Assembly: GCA_963803825.1 (NCBI GenBank) | Contig: CAWDOJ010000003.1 | Coordinates: 151,724 to 215,723, forward strand | Direction of reading: 5' to 3' | Source of the DNA: an uncultured Verrucomicrobiae bacterium | Lineage (GTDB): Bacteria; Verrucomicrobiota; Verrucomicrobiia; Chthoniobacterales; JAATET01 | DNA: 64,000 bases | Shown: piece after piece, positions 41,572 through 51,262 of the stretch | How the letters are laid out: each line of letters opens with the position of its first letter | Position numbering within the stretch: position 1 is the stretch's first letter | Program-made: the position numbers and the translations under genes | The notes under the pieces: generated by a model | Database searches by the model: none | Seen by the model: the letters and a program-made list of their open reading frames with translations, nothing else | What the model was told of the DNA's origin: nothing

Positions 41572-42222
41572 ATGTTTTTTACGGGCCGTGATCAGTTGAG
41601 TCGTTTGGCACCCCTTTTTACGTTCGCGTTGTTTGGGGTCGTGGGACTGACGGGCTGTAGTGGAGGGTATTATAATACGCCCTACCTGGGCGGTGACTTC
41701 GAGACGCAATATCAGAACACGGGTGCCACGGGGCAGGCGGAGGTCAACGACGACATCAGTTACTGGGACGGAGATCCGCCAGCCTACGCCGGAAAGCCTT
41801 CGATGGTGATCAATCTCACTGAGCAGCGGGCTTACTTCTACCAAGGCAACCGATTAGCGGGGGTGGCTCTAGTCGCGACGGGGAAGGAGAATTACGGAAC
41901 ACCGCCCGGGAACTTCAACGTGATGGAAAAGATCGTGGACAAGTCTTCGAATCTCTACGGTTGGTTGTACGACGCGAATGGGAACGTGGTCAACTACGAC
42001 GCGGATTCCCGGACGGACTTCCCGCCTCCGGGTGGGTATTTCGACGGGGCGAAGATGCCGTACTGGATGCGCTTGACGTCGGGTGGCGTCGGGTTGCACG
42101 AAGGACCGATCCCCGTCCCGGGGCAACCCGCGTCGCACGGCTGTATCCGCGTGAGCAAGGTCGTGATCCAGGATTTCTTTAATGCCGCAGAAGTCGGTAT
42201 GCCGGTCGCGATCCGGTATTGA
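41572..42222 (+). CDS. L,D-transpeptidase (YkuD) lipoprotein
   Basis: Lipobox VGLTGC and catalytic motif HEGPIPVPGQPASHGCIRV. The tracked ORF starts at 41521; the ATG at 41572 gives a normal signal peptide. Confidence 0.85.
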   Translation: MFFTGRDQLSRLAPLFTFALFGVVGLTGCSGGYYNTPYLGGDFETQYQNTGATGQAEVNDDISYWDGDPPAYAGKPSMVINLTEQRAYFYQGNRLAGVALVATGKENYGTPPGNFNVMEKIVDKSSNLYGWLYDANGNVVNYDADSRTDFPPPGGYFDGAKMPYWMRLTSGGVGLHEGPIPVPGQPASHGCIRVSKVVIQDFFNAAEVGMPVAIRY

Positions 42223-42226
42223 TTTC

Positions 42227-43138
42227 TCAGAATTCCCGCCAGACGGCGACCTTGAATCCGCCGCCGGCTCCGGTCGCTCGGCCGGCGATCTGCCAGTAGG
42301 GGCCGGCTTGGATGATCCAGTCGGTGATGGGTTCGACGAGCGCGGACGCGCCCACTTTGATCAGGTCGAAGTCGGTGGTGAGGAGGATGTTGTCGCCGAC
42401 GGATTGCGGCGTGTCGTTGCCGAGTCCGTGGATGCCGCTGGCTTCGAGGAAGTAAACGTCGAGCCAGTCGGTGAGTTCGATCCCGCCCGTGAAATACCAG
42501 CGAAGCTCGTCGGCGGGTTCGGCGGTCCGAAGCCGGTATCCGACGCCGACGTCGACGAAACCCCAGCGGCTGCCGAAGGGAAATGGGTGCCCGATGAAGT
42601 AGTCGAGCTCCACGTCGGTCTGGCCATTGCCGAGGGCCGGGGAGTCGTTCACGTCGTAGGGACCCGGGATCTTCACCATGAGCTGGAGGGCTTGGGGGAT
42701 TTTTTCCGAGAGCCGGTAGCGCAAGCCGATTTCCTGATCGGCGAGGCCGAAGTTTGTGTCGCGCCCGAATTCGTTCTCGAACGCTAGGCCATCGAGGAAG
42801 AAATTCCCGATGAGGGTCACGCCGTCGGTCAGCCCGTATTCCACGTAGAGGTTCCACTCGTTCTTCGTGAAGCGACCGTCGAAACCGAAGTCCTCGCGTT
42901 TCCAGCCGTCGCCGAATTGTTCGTCGGTCGTGTAGAAGTAATAGGCGAGGACGGCAAGTCCTTCGCCTTTCGGCTGGGTCCAGGCTCCGGCTTGGGAAGA
43001 TGCCGGGCTTGAAAGTAGCACCGAGACGGCGATCAACGACCGAATCCACCGACGGACGGAATTCCTCGTATCTCGGTGAAAAATGGGCGTTTGCCTTGCC
43101 ATGCGAGGGAGAAGAGTCATCATCCCGCCGGTTTGCAA
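42227..43138 (-). CDS. Outer-membrane beta-barrel protein (family not recognised)
   Basis: Intact ORF with signal peptide ...IAVSVLLSSPASSQA, alternating aromatic/hydrophilic strands and a C-terminal ...KVAVWREF. It is divergent from the 43.1-kb operon. Confidence 0.6.
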   Translation of the reverse strand: MQTGGMMTLLPRMARQTPIFHRDTRNSVRRWIRSLIAVSVLLSSPASSQAGAWTQPKGEGLAVLAYYFYTTDEQFGDGWKREDFGFDGRFTKNEWNLYVEYGLTDGVTLIGNFFLDGLAFENEFGRDTNFGLADQEIGLRYRLSEKIPQALQLMVKIPGPYDVNDSPALGNGQTDVELDYFIGHPFPFGSRWGFVDVGVGYRLRTAEPADELRWYFTGGIELTDWLDVYFLEASGIHGLGNDTPQSVGDNILLTTDFDLIKVGASALVEPITDWIIQAGPYWQIAGRATGAGGGFKVAVWREF

Positions 43139-44320
43139 GCACGGGCATTGTCGGTATTAGCTCAGTGTCGCGACACTGAGGATCACTTCGATCCGGTCGA
43201 GTCGTTGTGCCGGAGTTGTCTCTGCGACGGGCTGCCTTTGGAAGATATCGAATGGCTTGCGACCGAGGCGTCCCCGATCCGGCTGCAAACCAACGACGTT
43301 CTCTTCGACGATGACGACCGGATCGAGGCGCTGCACGTTGTCGTGCGGGGTGAATTGAGCCTCCTCGTCCGAGGCACCGCGGCGGGAGAATTCGCCGAAT
43401 GCGCGCGGCTCGACGCCGGTCAGTTCATCGGCGAAGGCGCGGTGATCGATTCGGAAGGCGATCGCACCCCGAAGGCGGTCCGGCGAGCGCGCATCGTCGC
43501 GAAGTGCGAGACGGTGGTGCTGCGAATTCCCGCCTCCGCTCTTCTGGCGCTGGTGGAGCGTCAGCCCCGGATCATGGTCCGGAATCTATTGAGCCATTCG
43601 GCGGAAAAAAATCGGCTCGCGTCCCGGGTGGTTCTCGAGGAGCGATTGGAGCGGGAGAGCGTCCAAATTTTTCAGGATCTGTCGCGTTGGTTGACGCGGG
43701 CGGTCGACGACGCCGCGACCGCGCTCCGGTTGAACGCGGAGCTTCTCCAAATCGAGAATTTTCCGGTGCGAATCGCCGCGACCGTGGACGATCTCGACGC
43801 CGCCGCCCGGGATCTGGCGACGACAATCGGCGCGCTCGGCCAGCTCGGCGGCGCGAATGCCGCGACGCCGACGCTCGAGCCGGTCCGCGTGCGGGATTGG
43901 TGGATCGAGCGTGAACCCGGCGTCCGGGCGCGACTTGCCGACCGTCGGATCGAGCTCGACGCCTACGTCGAAGACTGCGGACTCATGTCCTGCCCGGAGC
44001 TGCTCGGGGGCACCATCGTCGAACTGCTCGATGGCCTGGGACAATTACTGGGAAGGGATCGGGGGATCGAGCTGCGGGTGGGGAAGAGGTTTGGCGCCAT
44101 TGAATTTCGCTCGAGTCTGGCGACTCCGGGCCTCACGGAATACGCGGCCAAGCGGCTCTTCCGGCCCTTCGCGCTGGGCGAGGACGTAGCGCCCTTTCAG
44201 CTGTCGCTCGCGCGGCGCAACGCCCGGTTTCTGGGTGGTGACGCTACCGTCCAGCGCCGGGACGGCGACCGGCTCACGGTGCTTCTCAGCCTTCCAATCG
44301 CTCCCGCTCATGGCCGTTGA
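43076..44320 (+). CDS. Cyclic-nucleotide-binding domain protein with a degenerate histidine-kinase-like ATPase C-domain
   Basis: The CAP_ED pattern is LHVVVRGELSLLVRG...LDAGQFIGEGAVID...RRARIVAKCETVVLRIP. The C-terminus has an HATPase_c-like layout (IELRVGKRFGAIEFRSS...RLFRPFALGED...FQLSLARRNARFLGGDATVQRRDGDRLTVLLSLP), but the usual N, DxGxG and GxGLGL residues are replaced. The start is uncertain (43076-43205). Confidence 0.7.
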   Translation: MKNGRLPCHAREKSHHPAGLQARALSVLAQCRDTEDHFDPVESLCRSCLCDGLPLEDIEWLATEASPIRLQTNDVLFDDDDRIEALHVVVRGELSLLVRGTAAGEFAECARLDAGQFIGEGAVIDSEGDRTPKAVRRARIVAKCETVVLRIPASALLALVERQPRIMVRNLLSHSAEKNRLASRVVLEERLERESVQIFQDLSRWLTRAVDDAATALRLNAELLQIENFPVRIAATVDDLDAAARDLATTIGALGQLGGANAATPTLEPVRVRDWWIEREPGVRARLADRRIELDAYVEDCGLMSCPELLGGTIVELLDGLGQLLGRDRGIELRVGKRFGAIEFRSSLATPGLTEYAAKRLFRPFALGEDVAPFQLSLARRNARFLGGDATVQRRDGDRLTVLLSLPIAPAHGR

Positions 44321-44810
44321 GTTTACTCCCGCCGCCGCTGGGTGCCGGATTCTGATCGCCGAGAGCCACGAGCTCACGGCGCGCGCCATCGGTCGGACCC
44401 TCGAGTCTGCGGGTTTTCGGGTGGATCGGATCGCGGATGAAAGCGGTCTCGCGGATCTGAACGATTTCGACGCCTGTCTGATCGCGGGCCGACTCGGCAA
44501 CGAACCGGGCGCGACGGTGATCCGAGAGCTTCGGCAAAAAGGCGTCACCGCCCCAATCGTCGCGCTGGTGGGTTGGTCGGACTGGGCTGGCCGCGACGAG
44601 CTGATGAATTCCGGCGCCGATTCCGTCCTGATGAAGCCCTGCGGTGCTGCGGAGATGATCGGATTGCTCCAGCGGCTGCTCGAGCGCGCCCACCCGGAAG
44701 TCACGCGGGCGGAGGGATCCGGGTCGGTCCGTCCCGGCATCGCGATGCCCGTCTTGGTCACCGCTCTCATCGGCCTTGGGATCTCGCTCACGCTCTGGCT
44801 TCTCCAATGA
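44310..44810 (+). CDS. Receiver-domain protein lacking the phospho-acceptor Asp, with a C-terminal TM anchor (pseudo-receiver)
   Basis: The REC fold reads RILIAES...FDACLIAGRLGNEPG...IVALVGWS...VLMKP. By manual alignment to CheY, the DD pocket becomes AE, D57 becomes A, and K109 is kept. It ends in the TM helix PVLVTALIGLGISLTLWLL and overlaps the upstream stop by 11 nt. Confidence 0.75.
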   Translation: MAVEFTPAAAGCRILIAESHELTARAIGRTLESAGFRVDRIADESGLADLNDFDACLIAGRLGNEPGATVIRELRQKGVTAPIVALVGWSDWAGRDELMNSGADSVLMKPCGAAEMIGLLQRLLERAHPEVTRAEGSGSVRPGIAMPVLVTALIGLGISLTLWLLQ

Positions 44811-46763
44811 AAATCGTTCAGCTCCTTCTCACCGCCACCCTCGTTCATTCCGCGCTGGCGGTGCCGGTCGAGGTCGAGCGAAATCTGGCCGAAATGGGAT
44901 TCGTCCAGCCCGTGCGCCTCGCGGGCACGGAGGTCGAACGGGATTTCTTCTTTCCGCTGGCGAGTCGCGATTTTCTCGCGGAAGACTCCTCGTTTCGGGT
45001 GGTCGTCGAGCCGTCGCCGTTGCTGGATCCGAGTTCCGTGGTGACGATCCTGGTCAACGAGCGACCCGTCGCGACGCAAGTCGTCGGAGAGGGCGCGATG
45101 CCCCCGATCGCGGTGCCAATTCCGACGGAGGTCAAAGCGGACGACCCGACCAGCCAGGTGCTCAAACTCACCGTCCGGACCGCGCTCGCGCCGCGCGACG
45201 GCAATCCCGCTTCCGACGAAATCCTGCGCGCCACGGCTTGGGTCGACGTGCTGCCGACGACGACGTTCGTCTGCGCGGTCGAACCCACCGATCCCGATTG
45301 GCTGGCGGCCAGTCGTTTGCCGACGACGCTGGGGCCGCAGATCACGGTCCGTCTGCCGGACGGTGGTGAGTCGTTTGCGGCGGGGCTGGCGTTGCGCGCG
45401 GTGACGTGGGCGGCTTACGCCCAGCCGTTTGGGCGGGTGTCGGTGGCGAGCGATTTGCTGAAGGTCACCGATGAGATCGTGATCGACCCGCGGGCGACCG
45501 AGAAACCGGGAATCGCGGTGGCGGCTGGTCCGACGGGCCGGATCATCACGCTGTCCGCCGGCGATGACGAACAAGCCGACGCGGTGTGGAGGATGCTGCG
45601 CGATCTGGGGCGGTCGGGCCTGCCCGGCGAGCGTCTCGAGGCGTCGGCGGCTGCGGACGACGGGCGAGCTGCGGTGAGTCCGACGACGTTGCGGGGACTC
45701 GATCCGCGGATCGGCGAATTAAATCGCGGGCCCGGCGAGACCGAGCGGCGCTTCGCGTTCGTGCCCGCGAAGCTGAGCGGATCTTCGGGGCAACTGGAAC
45801 TCGCTCTCGCCGGGCGGGTCTCCGATCTGACCGGGGTGGGGCCGATCGTGGGGGCGGTTTTTCTGAACGATCGGATGGTTCATTCGGCGCGGCTCGACCC
45901 GGAGGCGCGGACGTTCCAATGGGCGGTGCCGTTTGCCGACCGAGCACCTGAAGGGGGAGAGCGAGGTGCGCGTCGCGATGTTTCCGACGGATCGAACCAA
46001 GCCCTACTTCTGGCAGCTCGAGGAGACCGCCTCCATCTCGGCGGTCGAGGGTGGCGGAGGCGTGGTCTTCGAGCCGTCGAGCCTGATCGAAGCGGCGCAG
46101 GGATCGTTCGTCGCTGGACCGTATGACGTGGTGTGGGGCGGTGGCGGAGGTTCGCTCGAAGTCGCCGCGTCGGTGGTGACGTGGCTGCAGCGGGTGAATC
46201 GCGCGACGCTCCTCGATCCGGTCGTAACCGGGAAGCCGGAGGGTCTCCGGCCCACGGTCTTGATTGCAACCGTGCCGGAGGGGATGAGCGACGTGGTGGC
46301 GACGTTGCCGATCGCGCCGGGAGCGGGATCGGTGAGCGTGCGTGACGGTGGGGGGCGCGAAGTCCTCCGCGTGGCCAGCGGGGAGAGTCTCGGTTACTGG
46401 CAGCTCGGATTTTCCGGCGGAGGGAAACCCGTCATCGTCGCCGGATCGTCTGGAACCAACGGGCCGGAAGCCTTGGCGGCGGTGTCGGGGCAGATCGCCG
46501 GAGCGCGGTGGATCGAGGCGGGTGACGTGGTGATGGGGGATGGTCGTGGCCCGGTCCTGACGGTGAGCACCCGGGAACGAAAGCTGGCGGAAGTGCCCGC
46601 GTCGGTCGCTGCGGTGGGGAGTCTCGAGGTGGTGGCGGCTGGCCCGGGCTCGGTGACGGGGGATTGGCGACGTTGGCGCTGGTGGTCGATCGGCGCGCTC
46701 TGGTTGGCCCTCTCGGGCACGGTTTTCTTCGTCTACAAACAAGGGCGTCAGCACGCCCGTTAG
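44807..46763 (+). CDS. BcsB-like periplasmic synthase subunit with a C-terminal TM anchor; single frame break near 45932
   Basis: ATGA overlap with the upstream stop and signal peptide MKIVQLLLTATLVHSALA. It has the pattern LAEMGFVQPVRLAGTEVERDFFFPL...SSFRVVVEPSPLLDPSSVVTILVNERPV, which I associate with BcsB. ORF 45933..46763 continues the protein (QWAVP|LPTEHLKGESEVRV) after an extra T in a TTT run. The terminal helix is WWSIGALWLALSGTVFFVY. Confidence 0.55.
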
Positions 46764-46772
46764 CCACCCGCG

Positions 46773-48632
46773 ATGCGCGTCGTCAATCACCTCCACGAGC
46801 AGGGTCTCCTCGGGATCGCGGGACGTCGGCGGGTCGAGCAGGCGGCGGCGAGCTGGGGTGTCGAGGCGGATCCGTTGCTGCGGACCTTCGCGTTGGTGAG
46901 TCCCGCGACCTACCTGCGGGCTTACGAGGACGTTCACGAGGTGGAGCGGCACGCGGCGGAAACGCTCCGGCTGGACGGAGATCGATCTGCGGCCATCCCG
47001 TGGGAGCTGTGGCGCGATCATCAGGCGTTGCCGGTCGTCACGTCGGCGGGTGCGGCCACCACCGCAGCCGTCGATCCCGCCCGGTTGCCGCCCTCGCTCC
47101 GGCCCGCGACGGCGCGACCCTGCCTGCTGCTCGAGGAGGAGTGGGTCGAATTGGTCACGCGCTTTCGCGGCGGGGATTTCCTGGACGAAGCCGTGCACGG
47201 TCTGTCGCGGGCGCAGCCGGGCGCGTCGGCCCGGCGGACCTTCACGCCGCCGCAGCTGGGATTCATCTGGGCGGTTGGGTCGGCGATTCTCGGCGGACTT
47301 CTCGCCGCGCCCGTCGCGACGATCATCGTCGTGAATTGCGTCCTCAACCTCTTCTACACGCTCTGCGTGGGGTTTAAAACGCTGCTCGTCTTCGTGGGTT
47401 CGACGCGGACGGTGTCGCACAAGGTCTCGCCGCTGGAACTCGACGCGATCGATCCCGCGCGGCTCCCGATCTATTCGATTCTCGTCCCGGTTTTCCGCGA
47501 GCCGCTGGTGATCTCCGGCCTCGTCCGGCAGCTCTCGTCGCTCAACTACCCGCTCGCCAAGCTGGACGTGAACATTCTGCTCGAGGAGGGCGACGACGAA
47601 ACGATCAACGCCGTGCGGGCGATCAATCCGCCGCCGAATTTTCACACCATCATCGTCCCGCACGCCACGCCCAAGACGAAGCCGAAGGCGTGCAACTTCG
47701 GGATGTTTTTCGTTCGCGGGAAATACACCGCTATCTACGACGCGGAGGATTTCCCCGAGCCCGATCAATTGGAAAAAGTCGTCGTTTCCTTCGGCAAACT
47801 CGCCGACCACGTCGTCTGCATCCAGGGCTGTCTCAACTATTTCAATTGGCGCGAGAACCTGCTCACGCGCCTCTTCACGCTCGAATACACGAGTTGGTTC
47901 GACTACAATCTTCCCGGCATGGAGGCGCTGCGGATCCCGATCCCGCTCGGGGGCACCAGCAATCATTTCAAGACCGACCGACTGCGGGAACTCGGCGCGT
48001 GGGACCCCTACAACGTGACCGAGGACGCCGACCTGGGCGTCCGCGCCAGCGCCCGCGGCTACACGGTGGCGACGATCGATTCGACGACGTTCGAGGAGGC
48101 GAATTGCCACGCCGGCAATTGGATCCGGCAGCGATCGCGTTGGATCAAGGGTTACATGCAGACCTTCCTCGTCCACACGCGGCACCCGTCCCGGATCATC
48201 GGGCGCATCGGGTGGCGGGGGTTCGTCGGGTTCGTTCTCTTCATCGGCGGGACTCCGTTCACGTTTCTGGTGAATCCGATCCTCTGGCTCATCGTGATCG
48301 CGTGGGCGCTCACGCGGTCGCCGCTCATCGACGCGATTTTCCCGCCCTGGCTGCTCACGCTCTCGATCACGAATCTCGTGATCGGAAACCTGATGGCGAT
48401 CTACGCCTGCGTGCTGGCCGTCTTCCGGCGGGGGCGGCACGCGCTGAGTCCCTACGCGCTGCTCAATCCGCTCTACTGGATGATGCACGCCATCGCGGCC
48501 TACAAGGGACTCTGGCAGCTGATCGTGAATCCCTTCTACTGGGAAAAAACCGACCACGGACTGTCGTCCATGACCGGTGGACTCCCCGCCGCCGCCGTCG
48601 GCACCGCCAATCCGAACACCGCCGATGCGTAG
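46773..48632 (+). CDS. Processive family-2 glycosyltransferase (BcsA/PgaC-like synthase) with a GspE_N/MshEN-like N-terminal domain and no PilZ domain
   Basis: Intact 619-aa ORF. The first ~100 residues follow a T2SSE_N-like pattern (...EQGLLGIAG...LVSPATYLRAYEDV...IPWELWRDHQALPVV). Two TM helices precede the GT2 core (ILVPVFRE, PKTKPKACNFG, YDAEDFPEPDQL, TEDADLGVR, QRSRWIKG which is the QxxRW motif), and about four TM helices follow. The protein ends about 30 aa after the last helix. Confidence 0.85.
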   Translation: MRVVNHLHEQGLLGIAGRRRVEQAAASWGVEADPLLRTFALVSPATYLRAYEDVHEVERHAAETLRLDGDRSAAIPWELWRDHQALPVVTSAGAATTAAVDPARLPPSLRPATARPCLLLEEEWVELVTRFRGGDFLDEAVHGLSRAQPGASARRTFTPPQLGFIWAVGSAILGGLLAAPVATIIVVNCVLNLFYTLCVGFKTLLVFVGSTRTVSHKVSPLELDAIDPARLPIYSILVPVFREPLVISGLVRQLSSLNYPLAKLDVNILLEEGDDETINAVRAINPPPNFHTIIVPHATPKTKPKACNFGMFFVRGKYTAIYDAEDFPEPDQLEKVVVSFGKLADHVVCIQGCLNYFNWRENLLTRLFTLEYTSWFDYNLPGMEALRIPIPLGGTSNHFKTDRLRELGAWDPYNVTEDADLGVRASARGYTVATIDSTTFEEANCHAGNWIRQRSRWIKGYMQTFLVHTRHPSRIIGRIGWRGFVGFVLFIGGTPFTFLVNPILWLIVIAWALTRSPLIDAIFPPWLLTLSITNLVIGNLMAIYACVLAVFRRGRHALSPYALLNPLYWMMHAIAAYKGLWQLIVNPFYWEKTDHGLSSMTGGLPAAAVGTANPNTADA

Positions 48633-50207
48633 GCTGTCCCTGCCCCTCGTCGCGCTCGTGGTCGGCGGGCTGACCGCCGCGCTGCTCGCGACCGGGCAGG
48701 CGCTCGCGGCGTGGTGCGGCTTCCTGACGACCGAGGGCGCGCTCATTTCCGCGCGAGCGATCCTCGCCGCGCGGGGCGATCTTTTGACGATCGCGAGCCT
48801 GGGCATTCCGCAGCCGCCGCTGCCCTTCCTCGCCGCGATCCCGTTCGCCGCCTGCCGCTTGCCGAATCCGGCGCTGTGGGTGTCCGCGCTGGCGGGTGGG
48901 CTGCTCGTCGGGTGGCTGCTCTATTCGTATCGGGGGATCGTTGTCCGGCACCCGGCTCTGGCGTTGCTGCTCCTCCTGGTCCCGGCGCTGCCCGGGGTGT
49001 TTCACAGTTCGGTGACCGGGACGGCCACCGTGACGGGTTTCCTGCTGCTGGTCGTCGCGATTCAGCTCGCCGCGCGGTTCGCCATCGAGCAGCAGAACTT
49101 GCGGGAGGCTCGCCGGGCGGGGCGGCTCTCCGCGTGGGTCGATCCGGATCGCGAGCAGGCGCACGCCATTCGCTTCCTGTGGGCGGCCGCGCTCGCGCTG
49201 GGGCTCGCGTCGCTCGCCACGCCCGGACTCGGGGTCGCGCTCCCGCTTTTCCTCCTCGCGACGCCGCTCCTCCTGCCGCCCGGCGAACGGCGGAACGTCG
49301 GCAAGATCATCACCATCGCGCTGTTGCTGTTTCTGCCGATGGTCACCGTGCAAGCGCTCGTTCAGGGACTGGGCTGGGCCTTCGGCGGGGGCTGGCCAGG
49401 CTTGCTGCCGCCTTCGTCCGGGTCGCTCGTTGGGTGGGTCGATGGCGGGACGGGGGAGGGTCGGGGTGGTCGCTTCGGTCGCCGCTCGCCGCCGCCGCGC
49501 ACGTCTCGACGGGATTGCTGATCGCGGGTCCCGTGCTGATCTACGTCGTGATCCGGCTGCGCAACGCGGCGGTCGCGCTGCTGTGCGCGATCCCGTTCGT
49601 GGTGGAGTTTTTATTCGTGTGGGACGGCGGCAGCGCGCTCGCGCGGGACGGGCGGTCGCTGGCGACGGTGCTGGGGATTTCGTTGGTTCTGCTCGGGGCT
49701 CAGCTCGGCCGCTTTCGGCAGCGGGAATTCACCGCGTTGACCGCCGCGACGATCCTCGTCGCCGTCGTCGGGTGGATCCAACTCGCGGATTCGCCGCGGC
49801 CCGAGGAACGGGTATTCGCCCGGCTGGCGCGCGGCGAAGACGTCACCACTTTCGCCGATGAACGTCGGCTGGTGGAGCGCATCGGCGCGGACCCGACGGC
49901 GCGGACGGTCCTGCTCGACGATGCGGCGGGGTTTGCTCTCATTGCGCTGCTCGGCGACTGCTCGCGGTTCGTGCTGCCGCACGAGGCGCGGTTTCGGTTT
50001 TCGCTGGAAAATCCGCAGCGCTGCGCGTCCCACGCGCTCCTCCGGCGGTCGGGGATCGGGGGGAGGCCGGAACTGGTCTCCAGCGCTTGGATCTCGCTTG
50101 GTGCTGACAAACGGGCGTTCTTCCGCCCAGAATTCGAGGCGGGCCGGTGGCGGTTGCTTGCCAACTCGCCGCCGGTGACCGACACCGTCGCTGCCGCCAA
50201 TCGATGA
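48625..50207 (+). CDS. Polytopic membrane protein with a soluble C-terminal domain (unknown family); frame break near 49.40-49.46 kb
   Basis: The ATG at 48625 overlaps the GT2 stop. ORF 48577..49521 (multi-TM) and the tail of ORF 48711..50207 (more TM helices, then ...ERVFARLARGEDVTTFADERRLVERIG...) read as one protein after a -1 shift. Confidence 0.6.
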
Positions 50208-51262
50208 CCGCGTTCTTTGCCATGATTTCCCTCGCCGCATTTTCGGTTGGCCAAATCCCGCCCGTCGGGCCGGATTTTCAACCCCGCTTTCAGCGGGGCG
50301 TCGTCTTCGCGCACAACCACAGCGTCGAGCGCGGCTACGGCGGCGAAATGGCGGCGCGGTCGCTCGAGGAACTCAAAACGCTCGGTGTCGACAGCGTCAC
50401 GATCATTCCGCTCGGCTACAGCTTCAACGTCGAGGATCCGCGGATCTTTGGATACACGGGCGAGGATCTCACGATGACCCCCGACAGCATCCGGCGGATG
50501 ATCCGGTCGGCGCACGCGGCGGGTCTCGCCGTGACGCTGGCCCCGCAGATCTGGATCGGGATGTATGGCGCGCGTGGGGATTGGCGGGGCGACGTGCGGA
50601 TGAAGAACGGCGCCGATTGGGAGAAATGGTTCGCGGGTTACACCGGGTTCATTCTGTTCTGGGCGAGGATGGCGCAGGAGGAAGGGGTGGAACTCTTCAG
50701 CGTCGGGAGCGAGATGCGGACCGCCACGGAACTCCGCCCGGCGGACTGGCGGCGGGTCATTCTCGACGTGCGGGGCGTCTACAAGGGTCCCTGCACCTAC
50801 TCGGCGAATTGGGCGGACGAGATCGACTTCATCGAGTTCTGGGACCTGCTCGAATACATCGGCGTTTCGTTTTATTTTCCGATCGGAGGCGGGACGCTCG
50901 AGGAGCGTCTCGTGGAAGCGGCCAAGGCGCGGGACCACGTGGCGGAGGTGGCGACTCGTTTCAACAAGCCGGTGCTTTTTCTGGAAGCCGGGTTCCGCAG
51001 CATCCCGGGCGCGGGTCTCAAGCCGCACTCGTGGCGCGACGACCTGCCGCCGCCGGTCGATCTCGAAGAGCAGCGGGTGAGTTTTGAAGTTCTGTTCCGA
51101 ACTTTTTGGGATCAGGGATGGTTCTACGGCTTCTACTGGTGGCATTGGTTCTCAGACCTCGATTACCACCCGCAGCCTCCGACCGACTTCCAATTCCGCG
51201 ACAAACCCGCTGCGGACGTCCTGCGGAAATTTTACACCCGACCCAACCCACGCCAGCCATGA
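50204..51262 (+). CDS. TIM-barrel glycoside hydrolase (clan GH-A-like)
   Basis: ATGA overlap with the upstream stop and signal-like MTAFFAMISLAAFSVG. Candidate catalytic acid/base is ELFSVGSEM and candidate nucleophile is VLFLEAGFRS. The C-terminus is aromatic-rich. Confidence 0.7.
   Translation: MTAFFAMISLAAFSVGQIPPVGPDFQPRFQRGVVFAHNHSVERGYGGEMAARSLEELKTLGVDSVTIIPLGYSFNVEDPRIFGYTGEDLTMTPDSIRRMIRSAHAAGLAVTLAPQIWIGMYGARGDWRGDVRMKNGADWEKWFAGYTGFILFWARMAQEEGVELFSVGSEMRTATELRPADWRRVILDVRGVYKGPCTYSANWADEIDFIEFWDLLEYIGVSFYFPIGGGTLEERLVEAAKARDHVAEVATRFNKPVLFLEAGFRSIPGAGLKPHSWRDDLPPPVDLEEQRVSFEVLFRTFWDQGWFYGFYWWHWFSDLDYHPQPPTDFQFRDKPAADVLRKFYTRPNPRQP

Noticed and set aside
45546-48806. 1086-aa ORF on the minus strand
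   Set aside because: It lies antisense to the BcsB-like and GT2 genes. The translation is Arg/Pro/Asp-rich low complexity with no motifs. This is a typical shadow ORF of a GC-rich coding strand.
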